Shown: piece after piece, positions 23,101 to 36,900 of the stretch | Layout: the number at the start of each line of letters is the position of its first letter | How positions within the stretch are numbered: the stretch's first letter is position 1 | NCBI GenBank assembly: GCA_030141605.1 | Contig: JAQGDQ010000023.1 | Location: forward strand, 1 to 64,000 | DNA: 64,000 bases | Direction of reading: 5' to 3' | Source: Tubiluchus corallicola | Taxonomy: Eukaryota > Animalia > Priapulida | The notes under the pieces: generated by a model | What the model saw: the letters and a program-made list of their open reading frames with translations, nothing else | The model's database searches: none | What the model was told of the DNA's origin: nothing | Translations under genes and position numbers: made by a program

Positions 23101-26100
23101 ACTGTCATTTATGAAGGTAACTCAGACTCTGCAAGTATTTCAGTATTGTTTCCAGGTAAGCTTATTTTAAAATCATATTTATATTGTAGAATACATCGCT
23201 TACATTTAACTGTGATCACTTACTCTTGATTAGTGATTTGTCTAGCTTGCGGAGATTTGTATAAAAATAAAATACTTTGCATCATACAGAAAGCTGTCCT
23301 AACATAGTTAATGAAGAGGACTAGCATGCCTTTATTGTTAAAAATTATTACTTTTTATACCATTTCAAAGTAAGCCCTACATTTTGCTTGTATTAGGACT
23401 ATGAGGTAGCATCACACCTGCCATATTAAAATTAAAATTTATGAATATAACATTTTTATCAGTCTGGAAATGATAGTTTTGTTGTGAATGCTGCACGCTT
23501 TAAAAATTGATATAATTTTATCTATTTTTGGTATATGCTAGGATGATTTAACTCTATTCATTTACACTTACCTGTATGCTATCAGTATGATTCGTAGGTA
23601 ACGTGTAATGTTGTTAAATCTTGGTCTAATAGTAAGTTCGGGCTCTAAATCAAATAGCTTTAGCATTCTGTCTAAATACAGAGCATACATTTCTCTAATT
23701 GACTCAGATAATGTACAATGTACAATAACATGCGACTCGTCTTGAATAGAGAAATTATCGCAATTGAATATCCTGTTGTCAGGAGGAGTGGGTGGCCAAA
23801 CCATCTATCAGTCTCAATCTTCAAATGATGAGGTCAGGTTTGACGTTCGTCTCTTCTTTCCCATTATTGAACATTATTTTATTAGAAACTAACACGTTTG
23901 TATAATAATTCAATCAACAATCGTCTTAAATGCTAAATCTGATCATTTTTAATTACTTGGTACATGCGCATTAATTAATTGCCAGCAATGGCCTTGCAAA
24001 AAATTTTGCATATGAATACACTTATAATTAATAATATGTGAACATTCTACATAGTCCTCATTTATAACGCAAAGCCAGTAGCAGCTTTTACTGAATGAAA
24101 GTTATAAGGTTATAAGCAGAGTATAATGGATGATGTCAGAACAATGGCTTTGCGTGAGCAGTTTTCCATGCGAAAATTGCCGAAAATAGAACAGGTAATT
24201 AACTCCTCGCTACTTCTCTTAGTGGACGTGTCCCAAAATATAGCCCACGCCATCCCTGTTCTTCCTCTTTCTAAAGAGCCATATATCTCCCTCCAAGAGT
24301 CCCACTAAACACCATTAGAATGTCTTTTCTACAGGCCGTTTGGCCAAAATTTTAAAAAATAGGGAGTTGGGCCCAGGAAAATGCCCATAGTGTGCATTAG
24401 TGGCCCTCTCGCGAAATCTAAATATGAGTATTACACCAGTATTACACCATATAGTATTCAATCATTACCAGCACCACCCATGGCCCATTCCAGATCTCTA
24501 GAAATAAAGGGTATAAGTTTTGCAAAAAAATGGCCATTTTGGAGGTTTTTCGGCTCCTGTTACTCCCGGTGGGCCCGATTCGATAAATAAACCCCCAGGT
24601 GCGAACCCTTGGGTGGAGACCTTTCATTTGGCATATAGATCATCGAAAATGATGCCATCGTTAGAGCTATAGCCTCGTCGGTTATATATTTATATCTATA
24701 CCAGCGAAATTAATATATACAATATTAGTAACATTTCTGAGAGGGTGGCTGACCTCGATAATTCATAGTTCTTTCGCCACCCTTTCACCACTAATCAATA
24801 ATTACTTTTGCACTTTGTAATATTATTGTATGTTGTACAGATTTATAAATCACTTAGTTATGTGTTTTGCTATTTTAAAAATGGTGATAAACTAATAAAC
24901 TTACATACTTATTTACTTACTAATGCAGCGTTGAGGACTACATAGCAAGAATATTAACTAAAATGTTGTCATGACTGTAATCATAGCACTTACAAGAGGA
25001 ATTAAATGCCTGAGAGTGACAATAAGAATTATTAATGTACATCTAAATGTATATTTAAATTGTAGTATAGGAATATCTAAAGACAAGGGAATACACTATA
25101 TTTTTAATAACAGTTTGGTTGTACATGACATTATTTTTGATAAAATAAACTGAACGGTTTTATCATAGGGAACGAGTTCTACACATTATACTGACCACTA
25201 TGTACTGACCATCATGTATCAATTACTAATTCTGTTTGTTGCAGAGAATTTTCATAAAAATTTACGAGAGTTGCTAACAAAAATATTTGTTGAAAGATTC
25301 CCGCAATGGAGAAGCAGTACTATATCTAGTCAAAGTATGTAGAATTTTAGTTTTTCCATTTGTCTTTCAATTATGTTACTTTTTTTTATTTTGTAGCTGC
25401 AGTAGTTTTAATGTAAAGTATAATATTAAAAAAGTAGGACGTTTTGACTTTAATTGGATTTGAACTCAGGGCTTTAATTTATATGGCAAACAGTCTTGTA
25501 AGTTCGAGATTCTTTGCTCAAATCTTGGTGATTGTCACATTTTATTGTCTTTTTCCTTTCTCTTCCCGTTTAAGCCAGAGAAAGTGAAAAATTTTGAAAA
25601 AAGGTTTTTAATATTTTCAACTCCAATGGTTTTACCTGTTGTAAGGTTATCTCGTTCATATTTGATATTTTGTTTCAGTATCATTGCCCAAATTAGTTGA
25701 TTTTGATTGGAGAGTTGATCTGAAAATGTCGTCTGACCAGCTATCTAGAATGTCTGTTCCATCATGTATACTTCATTTACAGGTAATTTAATTTACTTAA
25801 TTTATTACTGTCAATTATTGGTGTGTCAGTTAGCTAGAAATTAGCTGAAAATTAGCATTTCCATATTTTTCTGTGAAAAGTCAAAATATTTGGTCAAGGG
25901 TTACTGGCTATTGCTGAAATACTAATATTATGCAATGTCATATAACTCAGCTTGCTATTTCGTGATGTTTTTTTTTTGCAAAATTCCTGTGTAATGGCTA
26001 CAGTTTAGCAACAGATTTCTGTTTTCTTTGCCATATTTCTCTAATAATTATAGAAATTGAAGTTAAAATATGAAGTTTTGGGGAATGTGTACCATTTGTC

Positions 26101-26620
26101 ACATTACAGGGAATATGTTTTTAAAATTAATTCTGTCATCAATGCATCTTAAACTGATTTTTTGTAACTCTGCATAAAAGAACGTCTTCTTATACGTGAG
26201 TGAGTTTGCTAAACCTGGCTTTGGCTCCCCTTAATAATTATAGAAATTAGAGTTAAAATAAAAGTTTTGAGAATGTGTACCGTTTGTCATATTACAGGGT
26301 TCATGTTTTTAAAGTTAAACAACCTGTCAACCATGTATAAATGCATCTTAAGGTGATTTTTTGTAACTCGGCATAAAAGAATCGTGTCTTAAATTTGAAT
26401 TACGTATTGTTTTAGTGTTTTATTATTTCTAATTTCTACATAGCATATGATTAAATACTTTTTCATACTTTCTATGTAGGTGGAAGATCCACCAACCCGA
26501 ATGGGGGCGCCAACATCGTTATCTACACATGACATAGAGCTCAGCAAACAAACTCTGGATACCATGCTTGATGGTTTAGGAAAAATACGTGATCAGTTAT
26601 CAGCAGTTAGTGGTAAATAG
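20104..26620 (+). CDS. COMMD9: COMM domain-containing protein 9
   Basis: Exons 20104-20148, 22810-22941, 23071-23155, 25245-25334, 25679-25782, 26480-26620 translate to MAAFINFDAFLVLLKASSKEIVLRLC...FPENFHKNLRELLTKI...SLPKLVDFDWRVDLKMSSDQLSRMSVPSCILHLQVED...ELSKQTLDTMLDGLGKIRDQLSAVSGK*. These are recognisable COMMD9 motifs. Intron 2 has a GC donor. Confidence 0.93.
22190..22530 (-). pseudogene. L2/Crack-like LINE ORF2 C-terminal fragment in COMMD9 intron 1
   Basis: LLKLKGIYKLELAKFVYKFKNKLLPELF...HSYNTK...YQGSVLWNSLP. Confidence 0.7.
23848..24922 (+). mobile_element. LINE 3' UTR copy split by a ~730-bp nested insertion (~23981-24708)
   Basis: Both flanks match the contiguous reverse-complement copy at 46370-46700; ends in AATAAA and a (TTAC)n tail. 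Confidence 0.8.
26041..26390. repeat. ~190-bp tandem duplication in COMMD9 intron 5
   Basis: taataattatagaaatt...cattacaggg...atgcatcttaa...gcataaaagaa occurs at about 26042 and 26232. Confidence 0.85.
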
Positions 26621-29600
26621 TGAGAACTAGAGTATAAATTGTTCATTCAGAGTACCCTTGTTTTTTTACATGGTAATGTGGATGTACATTCCCCACAAAG
26701 CTTCAGCTATTTGTCGTATAGTCATATAATATGTGTTTGTGCTATGATAAGACTGTTATGATGTTCAGACAGTATGATGTTAGTTTTTACTTTGGCAGTT
26801 AAAAGTTGTACTTTTCCGTTTTATTTTACACTCTTAATTTATACATTTCATTTATCCATCAGTGCTAATGGGTGAAATCAAAGCTTTGTTCTAGCTTATG
26901 TCCTGCCTTTCACATGACAGAAAAACTTGGAATTTCATTGGCAAGATATAACTGTCGGATTTTTAAGAAACTATAAGTTTTTATTTAGTGTTTTAGCCCA
27001 ATTATTTATATATCTGGAACAGTTTCTTCTAGTTGATATGTTTTTGGTATGCTATAAGAAATATTATACATTGGCCATAATGATGGCTAGCAAGAAAAGC
27101 TCAAAATGTCTTCACAATTAGTCAAATTGTTAATCTTTGTGTTTTGATAACCCGATAGTTTGCACTGACAGTAGAGTTGAAAATTAAAATTATTTTTCCA
27201 CTGTGATGTGCAGCATTTCTGACAGCTCGAGTACTTGTTACTGCCAGCTAAATACTGACCACTGTCCATATTCTCGAAAAATAATGCCTGCGGGCTGTGA
27301 TATGTCTGGTCACTTGTACTGCCAGCTTTGTAAATGAGCTATTGAGCTAATACATGAAAAACTACATACAGTACTTGAAAAATAATGAAGGTTGCAATAT
27401 TACTTTCTAAAATGATTCGTTTAGTATTTTACTCAAAACGGGATGCTCTGCAACTTTTATGCTAAACCACATTTAATACCATAGAATGTGTGACTTCTAA
27501 TACATATTCTTTCTAATCAGTTTGTATCCTAATTGGCTAACTAATTTGTATCCTAAATGAGAAATGAAGTTTATAATGCCAGAAAGAAAATCTATTTCTA
27601 TTTCAGAATGTCATTAGTATAGCATACCATACTATTGTCCAAATAATATATCAAATTTTAGTGTCACTAGCAGTGTTCAATATGAAACTTTCAATAATAA
27701 TTAAACATTCTTTCAGCAGGGGGTTAATCAAGATACATGTGATTAGAATGGAAAAAACTAGCCGTTTTTCATTAAATTGAGTAGCTGCTAATTTAAATGT
27801 GTTTCTAAGATTCTCCAAGCCCTACAAGCCTTACAGTGGTTATCAAGCTACTGCACTTGTTATATGACCTTAGTTTATACTTGTCAAAAACCATTTTGAG
27901 TTTGCTATTTCATCTTAAAGATGTGTAACATAATATAGAATGCAAAATTAAATATACATTTGTGTAGAATGTAAATGTACTTGATTTGTGTATTTTTGCA
28001 AAATGGAGTTTTGTAGAATGACATTGTACAAGGATTTTGTTTAACTATTTCAAGACAATTTATAGTTTATTCCTTTTTCCAGAAGAGTATTAATGTAGAA
28101 ATGCAGGTTTTTCTATATTCTTGTGTAAGTACTGTACAGTAAACGTTGGTATAATTATGAACAATTGATTCAAATAACATTGTATGCCACAACAAACTTT
28201 ACAATTTTCTGATTTTTATTATTTTCACAATGCACACAGTATAGCAAAATATAATTAGACGTGAAGTAATAAAAATACTGATGACAGTTGTTGCTGTAAT
28301 CAAAAATGTACACATTTTATGCCCTTAAAAGGTAATGGCTTACAACGAAGACCAAATATAGCATAAATATCATTAAAAGGTAAAGAATAAAAAGTTTTTA
28401 TAGGGCAATAATATTTACCTTCTGACCGTAATGTGCCAGAGGTATCAGCTTACACTAATGCATACGATACACTTTGTTCAATTTATTCTTTCAGTGTAAA
28501 TACCTTCGTTTGTAACCGTGTGTTATTAGTTAATAAATACAACCATAGTGGATTGACAACCTATACAACTTGGGTCTAAATTTTGACATATTCAAAATAG
28601 CCGACTTCTAATTAAGATTATCAATGTAATTTTGTGAGAAAACCACGCATAGGTCTATGCTTATGACCATACAAAAATACCTTTTTGTTTAAAACAAGGA
28701 TATTGGTTTAGCAAACATGCAAAATTAAACACGTTTAGGCTCGTGTCACCCAGAGCTGGACATAATCCGCAATGCGTAAACCGTGAGGAGAAAAAAAACT
28801 GCGTTATGAAAAATGAACGTATGATAACCAGTTGTTCCTGCACACAGATAATCCATTTGCCGTCTTCCGCCAACCGCAGTTTGCCTACCTGTGTAAGAAG
28901 TTAGCCATAATCTGTGTGATAGGCTCCTGATAAGCTGTTTTGAGTGGTTCATAAGGCGGCTTACTGTGAAATGAATTTGGCCATTAATTTCATTTGCCAT
29001 AGAGCATTTCAAAAATTCATAACAGAATGGTCTCATAAACATTAAAAAGCAATTTTTAAATGCGACATTTCACTAATACTGCAATTAGATATGTGCATTG
29101 CCCAAATGGATTATGTCAAAATGTTTAACAATTTACACAGATTAAGAAGCACATTACAGGTTATGATATATGCCTTCTGGAAGATGAAAAACACCTTATG
29201 CCTTACGGATTATGGACTGTTCCTTACTCCTTTCTCTGTGTGACACGGGTCTTGTTATGCAAAAATGTGACTAAAGTTCATATTTGTAGCAAAAGCAGGA
29301 TGTTTCGTTGTTCCAGTTTTTACAAAATATTGAACAAAAGCCTGCAGAGGACAGTGTAATATTTCATAAAAAAAGATAAATAATAATACAGAATAGTATT
29401 TAAAAATCGGTGACAATATTTGACCTAAGACTGTGTTAAATACTACTAAAATCTGTTTTACAAAAATTATTTATTTAGTTTTAACAACATTTACACAATC
29501 TTGAGTGTTAAAATTTTATTTGCTGATAGAGTCTTACTTGCTTAACTTAATATATCTTAACAATGATAATAACAATGTATTTCATTTAACATCGATACAA

Positions 29601-30045
29601 TGATAATTTATTTAATGTACATGTATTTCACAAATTTGCGTCGGCATGAGCTACAATACCATAGAGACTGATTAAAGTTTTAATGCCTGATTTGAATATT
29701 TTAAGTCACCGTAAAGTTCTAAAAAACGGTAATATTTGACTTAAATCTAGAATGCATATTATTACTTATGTATGGAGAAGTGAAATAATGAAATAATATT
29801 TAATAGTAATTAAAGATTTTTAAGTACACGTAGTTTGTGATATAATTACACATAACCTTAATTCAAGATTGTGGATGATCACTATTAAAGCCACAACTAC
29901 TATTTTATTAAACATTTAAATCCACATATAGTAAAAAGAAGAAACTGTGAAAAAACTGTCCAGAACAAACTCGAATCTGAATCATGGAAGCTCAAATTGC
30001 AAAATACTCAAAAACCCCTGGTGCAAATTCTTCAGACGCTGGTTC

Positions 30046-30750
30046 CAGTGTTGGGTAGTAGCGAAACTACTAAAATTAGCAACGTTGATCTAGTGCCACT
30101 ACTTTGAAAATGAATAGAAGTTGTAGTTTCACTACTTTTTAAAATAGCTCTGTAGCATCACTACAGCATTACATTTAATTCATGTAGTTGGCAGTTAATG
30201 TCTGCATAGTGACTTGCGTTTTAATAGCAGCTGGAGACGTTTACAGGTTTAGCTCATTGTGTAACTGTGTACTTGTAGTTGTAATGACCTCAGGCACAAT
30301 GACGCAAAACTTTAATGTGTCCTATGCCTCGATGGTCATTTTATTCGTGCGTCTTCTCTTGGAAAACATATTCCACCCAAAATTTAACAGTTAATGACAG
30401 CAACTTTAAAAGTTACTTTTTAAGGTAAGTAAACATGTGTGAAGTTTGAATAGCGGTTTGTCGCATAAAATAGAAAAGTGTGGCACGAATAATATAGTAA
30501 TAAATAATGTTCATAAAGCATGAATGATCTCTGCTGTAAATGTCTGTTTAAAATCCTAAGTAAGCTGCTTAGTTGGAACCTTGATACAATTTGTGTTTGT
30601 TCTTTAACTGGCTCTTTTAACGTGCCACCTGAATTTGCTGTGTATTACATCAATGCTGCTCAGAAGACGTCGCAAAACGAAAGTAGTGGTTATTGTAGTG
30701 GCAGTACTTTTATGCAGTAACTGCAGTTGCAACAACTACTCTTCTAAAAA
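30046..30750. mobile_element. Probable MITE with ACTAC/GTAGT subterminal repeats
   Basis: Starts cagtgttgggtagtag; clusters of actac/gtagt at both ends; right terminus and TSD not resolved. Confidence 0.45.
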
Positions 30751-30926
30751 ACTAACATATGCTTGAAAAATTTGTAAAGACAGTAACTATAGGTTGATTT
30801 AATTAAAGCTGTTCCCACCATGTGAAAATAACAATATTGGTCCTACATTACAAAACAAAAAACCAGCAAAACATGCAACAATTTACAATGCAGTCTTAAC
30901 ACTCCACATTTTTCATTAGCACTTTA

Positions 30927-33900
30927 TTACTTTTTTGTATTTGGCCGTGATCCAGTATACGACGGTAGTCGCGGGCGAGGTAGCTCCCCGAATACATCTC
31001 TTGCTTCCATGCGTACAGACTGCGCTAAAGCCATAATGGATGCGCCCATGTCTTCCGGATTTGCAGGTGCTCCCACCTGTAACACACGTGTTAAAATTAC
31101 TCATAGGTGAAAACAAACTGAAATAATATATACAAAATTGCAAACCACAGATCTCTAGCTTTTTACTGAGCTGCATCAACTTTAACACTCCTTAATAATA
31201 ATAATAATATTAATAATAATTTATTGGCTATTTAAAATGCATCAACATTAAAATGGACAAATTCACTTCACATATATAAATCATACAAATAAAAAGTATA
31301 TACACAATTGACTGTTATAGATAAGGTTCAAATCATAATGCATGGTATACAAAAATCACTAGAAATCAGCCCAAAAACCAGTACTTTAATAAGTCGATAG
31401 TAAATTTTTAATTAATTAAAAAATCTTCTTTGTAAAAATAAGTATTAAGAAAAATATTTGGACTTTTCAACATTAGTAATTCTATATTAGTGCATAAAAT
31501 AGTAAATTGTTCTATAATTTTGGTGCTGTATGTTAAAAGTATGAGATCTATACGTGACTATATACTGTATAGCAATATATATCGTGATGGATAATATATG
31601 CTTAAATACATTTGCAGTTCAGTACAAACATCTAAAGTGGATGAACATCTTAAAGGACTAGTCTCAATAATAGATAGGTTCCTCTCCTATCACACACGAT
31701 CACTGGATGTACTGGATAGTATGAAACATGCTTAATTCGAAGAAATATTACAAACCCTTAAAAATCGTATAACCGAGATTCGACTGTATTGTAATTGGGT
31801 AAAAAAAATGAAGATTTTTTCGGACACTTCAGAAAATTTTTCTCCAAAGAAACAACAAGCAGCAAATAAACATGCGTCCTTCTATTGCAACACATCTTAT
31901 ACCAGAAAACATTTGGATCGTCATTAACAAGCCATAAATAGTTGCTGGGAGCTCTATGTCAAATTTGATATCTAGAAAGAGAAGGCTGATGATTTTTCAC
32001 TGGTACTAAAACACCATTTGGTGCTCGAGCATTAATAAATTAATTTTATTGGCCAACATTCTTACGTTGCCTTCAGCATCTGCTGCAATATTGACAGGTT
32101 GTGGATGCCACGTCGGCATCTTCATTGGCATAGAGTGCGCCACCTGTTGCGTTTTCCTAAGGCGTTGCGGTACGGCAACCATTCCCACTGCCTCTTGATC
32201 AGTTCCATGACCAGAAGATGAATCTGGAATGAGTCATAAATGCTTTGGAAAATTATTCCATACGCAACTCCTGTTTGCCATACAATCTAATACTCAGCAT
32301 TGCACGAATAATTATTGTAACTTTGAAAAAGAAATGCCAAAAAAACAACATTTATATGGTGTATTTTTATAAAAGACACTTGTGCTCCTGCCTAATGTGA
32401 TGTATAGAAATTAATTAAAAATGCATAAAAATACAACATATATATTGTACTTTAAAATGCAACATAGTTAGAAACACAGTAGTTTCTATTCACGTTCCAA
32501 CCTCTTTCAATTTTTATTTGATGTCATGGAAACTGACTCAGATAAAGTCTACCACATGATGCCTAACAGGAAAATCAACAGTTACAACAGTCGTCGGTCT
32601 AAGCCATTTGTTCTATCATGTTGCAAAACTTCCCGATTGGCACATATGTATAATCTGATTTTTTTATACTGATTTCACGTCACTTAAATTTATCTTAATG
32701 GTTCAATTATTTAATTAAATTTGTGCCTATGTACTAACATGCTGGCAATTTTATCTTATATCAGACTGTTTCTTGTCTATTCTGTTTATATGATCAGTCA
32801 TTCCTAATTTTGCAAATCATTATGGATGCAATTTAAATAAAAAATACATATATATCTATCTCAGGAATTGTTCCACTCCAGGGAAACAACCTTCATTAAA
32901 TTAAGTATGTCTGGCACTGACAGCAACAGTACTTGCGGGAATGCCAATTACACAAACCAATGACTAACATAAAAACTACCACATTCATTAAAAATGTCCA
33001 TATAATTTAGACCCCTTACCGTCATTGCTTATATCTCCATCGTCTTCATCGTCAGATTCGTAAAACAGTGCATCCTCTTCCTCAGCTGTTTCAGCCAAAT
33101 CAAGAGTAAACAAATCTAAATTGTATAGTGATAGAATAAACATAGTACTACAATGCAGTTTTTTATTATTATTTGATCAAACAAAGCAACAGGCATTTAA
33201 GTGACAAGCGTAAACAAAACTAGATCCAGCTTCCAGATGTAGATCTAAAACCAGATCCTTCTCCTGCTTCATAACTCATTCTTCTTAAAATGCTAATTGA
33301 AATAACAAGTGAACAATAAAAAAAAAACCTTTGGTGGGTGAGCAGATGTAAGTGGATCCATCCAATAAATGCAAAATGACCTTGATGTGAATTTGGACTA
33401 GCACATTGTGTCTGTGTATGATAATTAGAATGTTAAATGAGAATTGAAACAGTAGAACAAAATAGACGGTTAAATGTGCAGTGCTAGTTACAAGTGCAAC
33501 TCGTCCATGTCTGACAGGTATCATGGTATTAAGATGAAGTTTGTAGGATGAATAGTTTTTGAAAATCATAAAAATAAAGAGTTTATTAACACAGTGATGA
33601 AGATCTGCGAAAATATAAAGAGTGCCATAGCATGACATGGAATAAGCCTTTTCAGAGTTTCATTGTGCGCACTCGCAGTTGCTGCAGGTCAAAGGTTAAG
33701 TGTACCCCAGCAACTCGTACTAACTACAACCGCCATGTGACACGTGTGTAAAGCAAACACACTGTCTGCTGCATCAGTTCAGTAACTTCAGTTATTTTAC
33801 GTGGACTTTACTTAATTATGCATTAGTGTGCATGTAGAATGATTTACTAGCAGGATCTTAATTGGGAACAAGAAAAAATGCACTAGGTAAGGTTCTAGCT

Positions 33901-36900
33901 AGCTGTTAAATCTGTTACTATTAGAATAGCTTGAGTTGCAAGGCGTTGTCAATTGTACACAAATGCATTGTCTGGTGCACTCAACCTTTGACTAAACAAA
34001 AACTGTACCATGTGCTTCGATGTCTCTAGGCGGCTGCTGCAAGGGACGTCTTTCTATGGGTCTGGATTTAGTTGCTTTAACTGTCACAGCTGCACTTTGT
34101 TGCCGGGGTGTGGCTTCAACCTCCTCTGCAGATACATCTACAGCAAAAAATAGGATGTGTTTTACAGGCTAGCTCAAAAAAATGTCACATGAATAAAGAA
34201 ATTCAATGATTAATATAATTAAAGTCAAACTAAACCCTGACTATAATATAAGCTTTTACAACTTAAAATCTCTCATCACTCCTACTCTCATCACAAATAT
34301 TGAATCTATTTTATTATAAATTTACTGTAAAACTAGTTGATGGTGATTGTGAATGCTGATTAACCTTGGACAGGTGACAGCACACACTTCAGCAATTAAA
34401 AAAAAAAAATTAGACAAAAATACACATCATCCAAGGAAAGGGAGCCTCAAGCAAGTTTATAGTGCTGCAGTGCTTAAAAATTAATCTTTCTCCATTAAGT
34501 GTAGAATTAGCAGCTATGTCTGAGCACCAGAAAATATCAGAAAAAATTGGCACATACGTTTAGGTTGCTCAGGCAAGTCGGTATGATGAACCCTGGTGTT
34601 ATCTCCCGCATCTAACTGTGTCATTTCTTTGCTAACCTCTAACAGTTGACTGCAAGTACAATTAAAATTTGTCATCATCAGTAATCAAGTTTCCATTTAT
34701 GTAAGGCCAAAATTCAATTTGATAAACAAAAGAATGTCGAATAAATGCAGGAAAGACATAATGAAGTAAGCTGAAAAACAAGAACAATTTACAAAACAAA
34801 ATACAACCAGACAAAAATTAAAAATTTAAGTCTGCAAGTGTTTCACAAAATACATAAAATTTATAAATTTATTCACTGTTTTATAAATCAAATTATAAAT
34901 CTGGAAGACTGAATGAACTACGTTAGTGCCTACATGGATGCTGTTAAAAATTTGTAAACTTTAAAAACTTTACACATATGTTTTCTATGTATGACCTTGT
35001 CAGAAATTTACGCAGCTTACCTGCTCTATCATTTTGATCTGTCCAAATAAAATCTGTTTTCTAATTAATCATTATTTTAATTAAGGTTAATCTCACAAAC
35101 GTTTATTCAATAGTCACAGGTTAAACATTTTAAACTTAAACTGTTGCAGTACAAGATTTTTACAAAATGATTTCATTAACGAAAGTACTAATATTCGCAA
35201 TGTAATAATAAAACTAACAATTTCAAGATTTACTCTCTTATTCAAACAATACAAAAAGTTTGATGAACATCTAAGCTTGATTTATAGGTACAATAGCTTG
35301 AACAGCTTCTCATTTTTGTCACAAGATGCCAGCAAACTATTCATGATAGCACTATATCCAGGATGATGTAGCCATATAGTAAAATTATTACTTAGCTAAC
35401 AAAAGGTAGGGTATCTTTAAAGGAAAACCGGACCCAATCTTAAACTGTAGGTCAAAACAATTTACTTTTTAAAATATTGAAAGAGAACATACTATTTTTC
35501 AAGAATGGTTTGCGTGAAAGTATTACCACACAAACGCAATTTCGCATTCAGGTACATGCATTTTGCCATTCATTAGCTACATGAGCACTAGCGCCTACAT
35601 TTTGGAAACGTGCTGCACAAAAAGCAGGTGCTATACCTCTCATTTCAGAGGTGTTCGTTTGTGATGTTGTGCAGGTGTTCATTGGTGATGCAGTGCATAT
35701 GTTCAAGAGCTGATGCATGAGCACAGTGGTAAATTTGAAATTTGAATTTTTATCTTAAAACTTGCCAAGTTTCAGTATAACATACTATATCTCTTGCAGT
35801 AGCACTGTACTTAAATTTTTTCTTTTGCAAACATGTGCAACATGTTATTGGAGTGTTTGAACTGTTGAAAATTATGTTCACTTGCGATGTTATCAATAGT
35901 TGGACTCAACTGTTAACTAAAACTCTAATCTATTACTTAATTATCAAAAATGCTTTTGCCGTATTTTTGGTCTTAAAATGCATACATCTTACCATACTTC
36001 AAAATTGGGTAGGATACGAAAAATCATTCTGTTTTCCTTTATGCTCTAATAAACTCAGCTTACCATAGCAAAGTCGTCTTGTCTCGTGCAGTCCGTGTTT
36101 GCAGATCTGCAAAACGCTGCATTTCATTTTCCTTAAATTGCCTGAAAAAACAAATTACATAATGCAGTATATTCGGAGTTATTCTTATACACTAGTGTAA
36201 TTTTATCCTAGTCCATGAAAATGGCACGTTAGAAATTGGCACTAGTTATAAAAATTCAGATAGTTTCAGCAACCAACTGGCAACTAAGTTCAAACTTGAC
36301 TGTACCAATTTACTTAGTAATAAAGACAAGATTACAACATTTTTATAAAGAAATTAAGTGCTTACAAGCAAAAAAGGAAAACTTTAGAAAATGCACGTGA
36401 AAATTTTTTTAGTTAATTTATGGATTAGCTTCTGGTAATCATAAGCAATGCCCACAAAATGGATAATTTAATGCAGTGAACTAAATGAATCACACTAACC
36501 TAACTCGCTGTTCCATGTTCGTCTCTTCTGTATGTAGATAAGTTGTCAAACGTCTGTTGATTGTCGGCAGAGCACTGTCTAATATTGACGATGAACCTGC
36601 ATGAATGACAAAGAACTTATGTACTCATGTACATGTAACTAAAATCAAAAGAATGGTTCTTTTAAGACACAAATATAATGTGGCTTATGATTTTCACTAC
36701 GGAAGGTGGCACACTGCCACCAACGTTAATCGTCTAAGGGATGGAAGGCGGTAGACTGCCGCTAAAGTTCAGCATCAAGCGCACTCACCCGGGTCTATTT
36801 ATTTTGCTACTGCGGCTATGGAAAGACATTATCGACACATTTGACAGCCGTGAGTACCACTAACCAGTCAATCAGAATCTGAAGCCAAAAGCACTCCATG

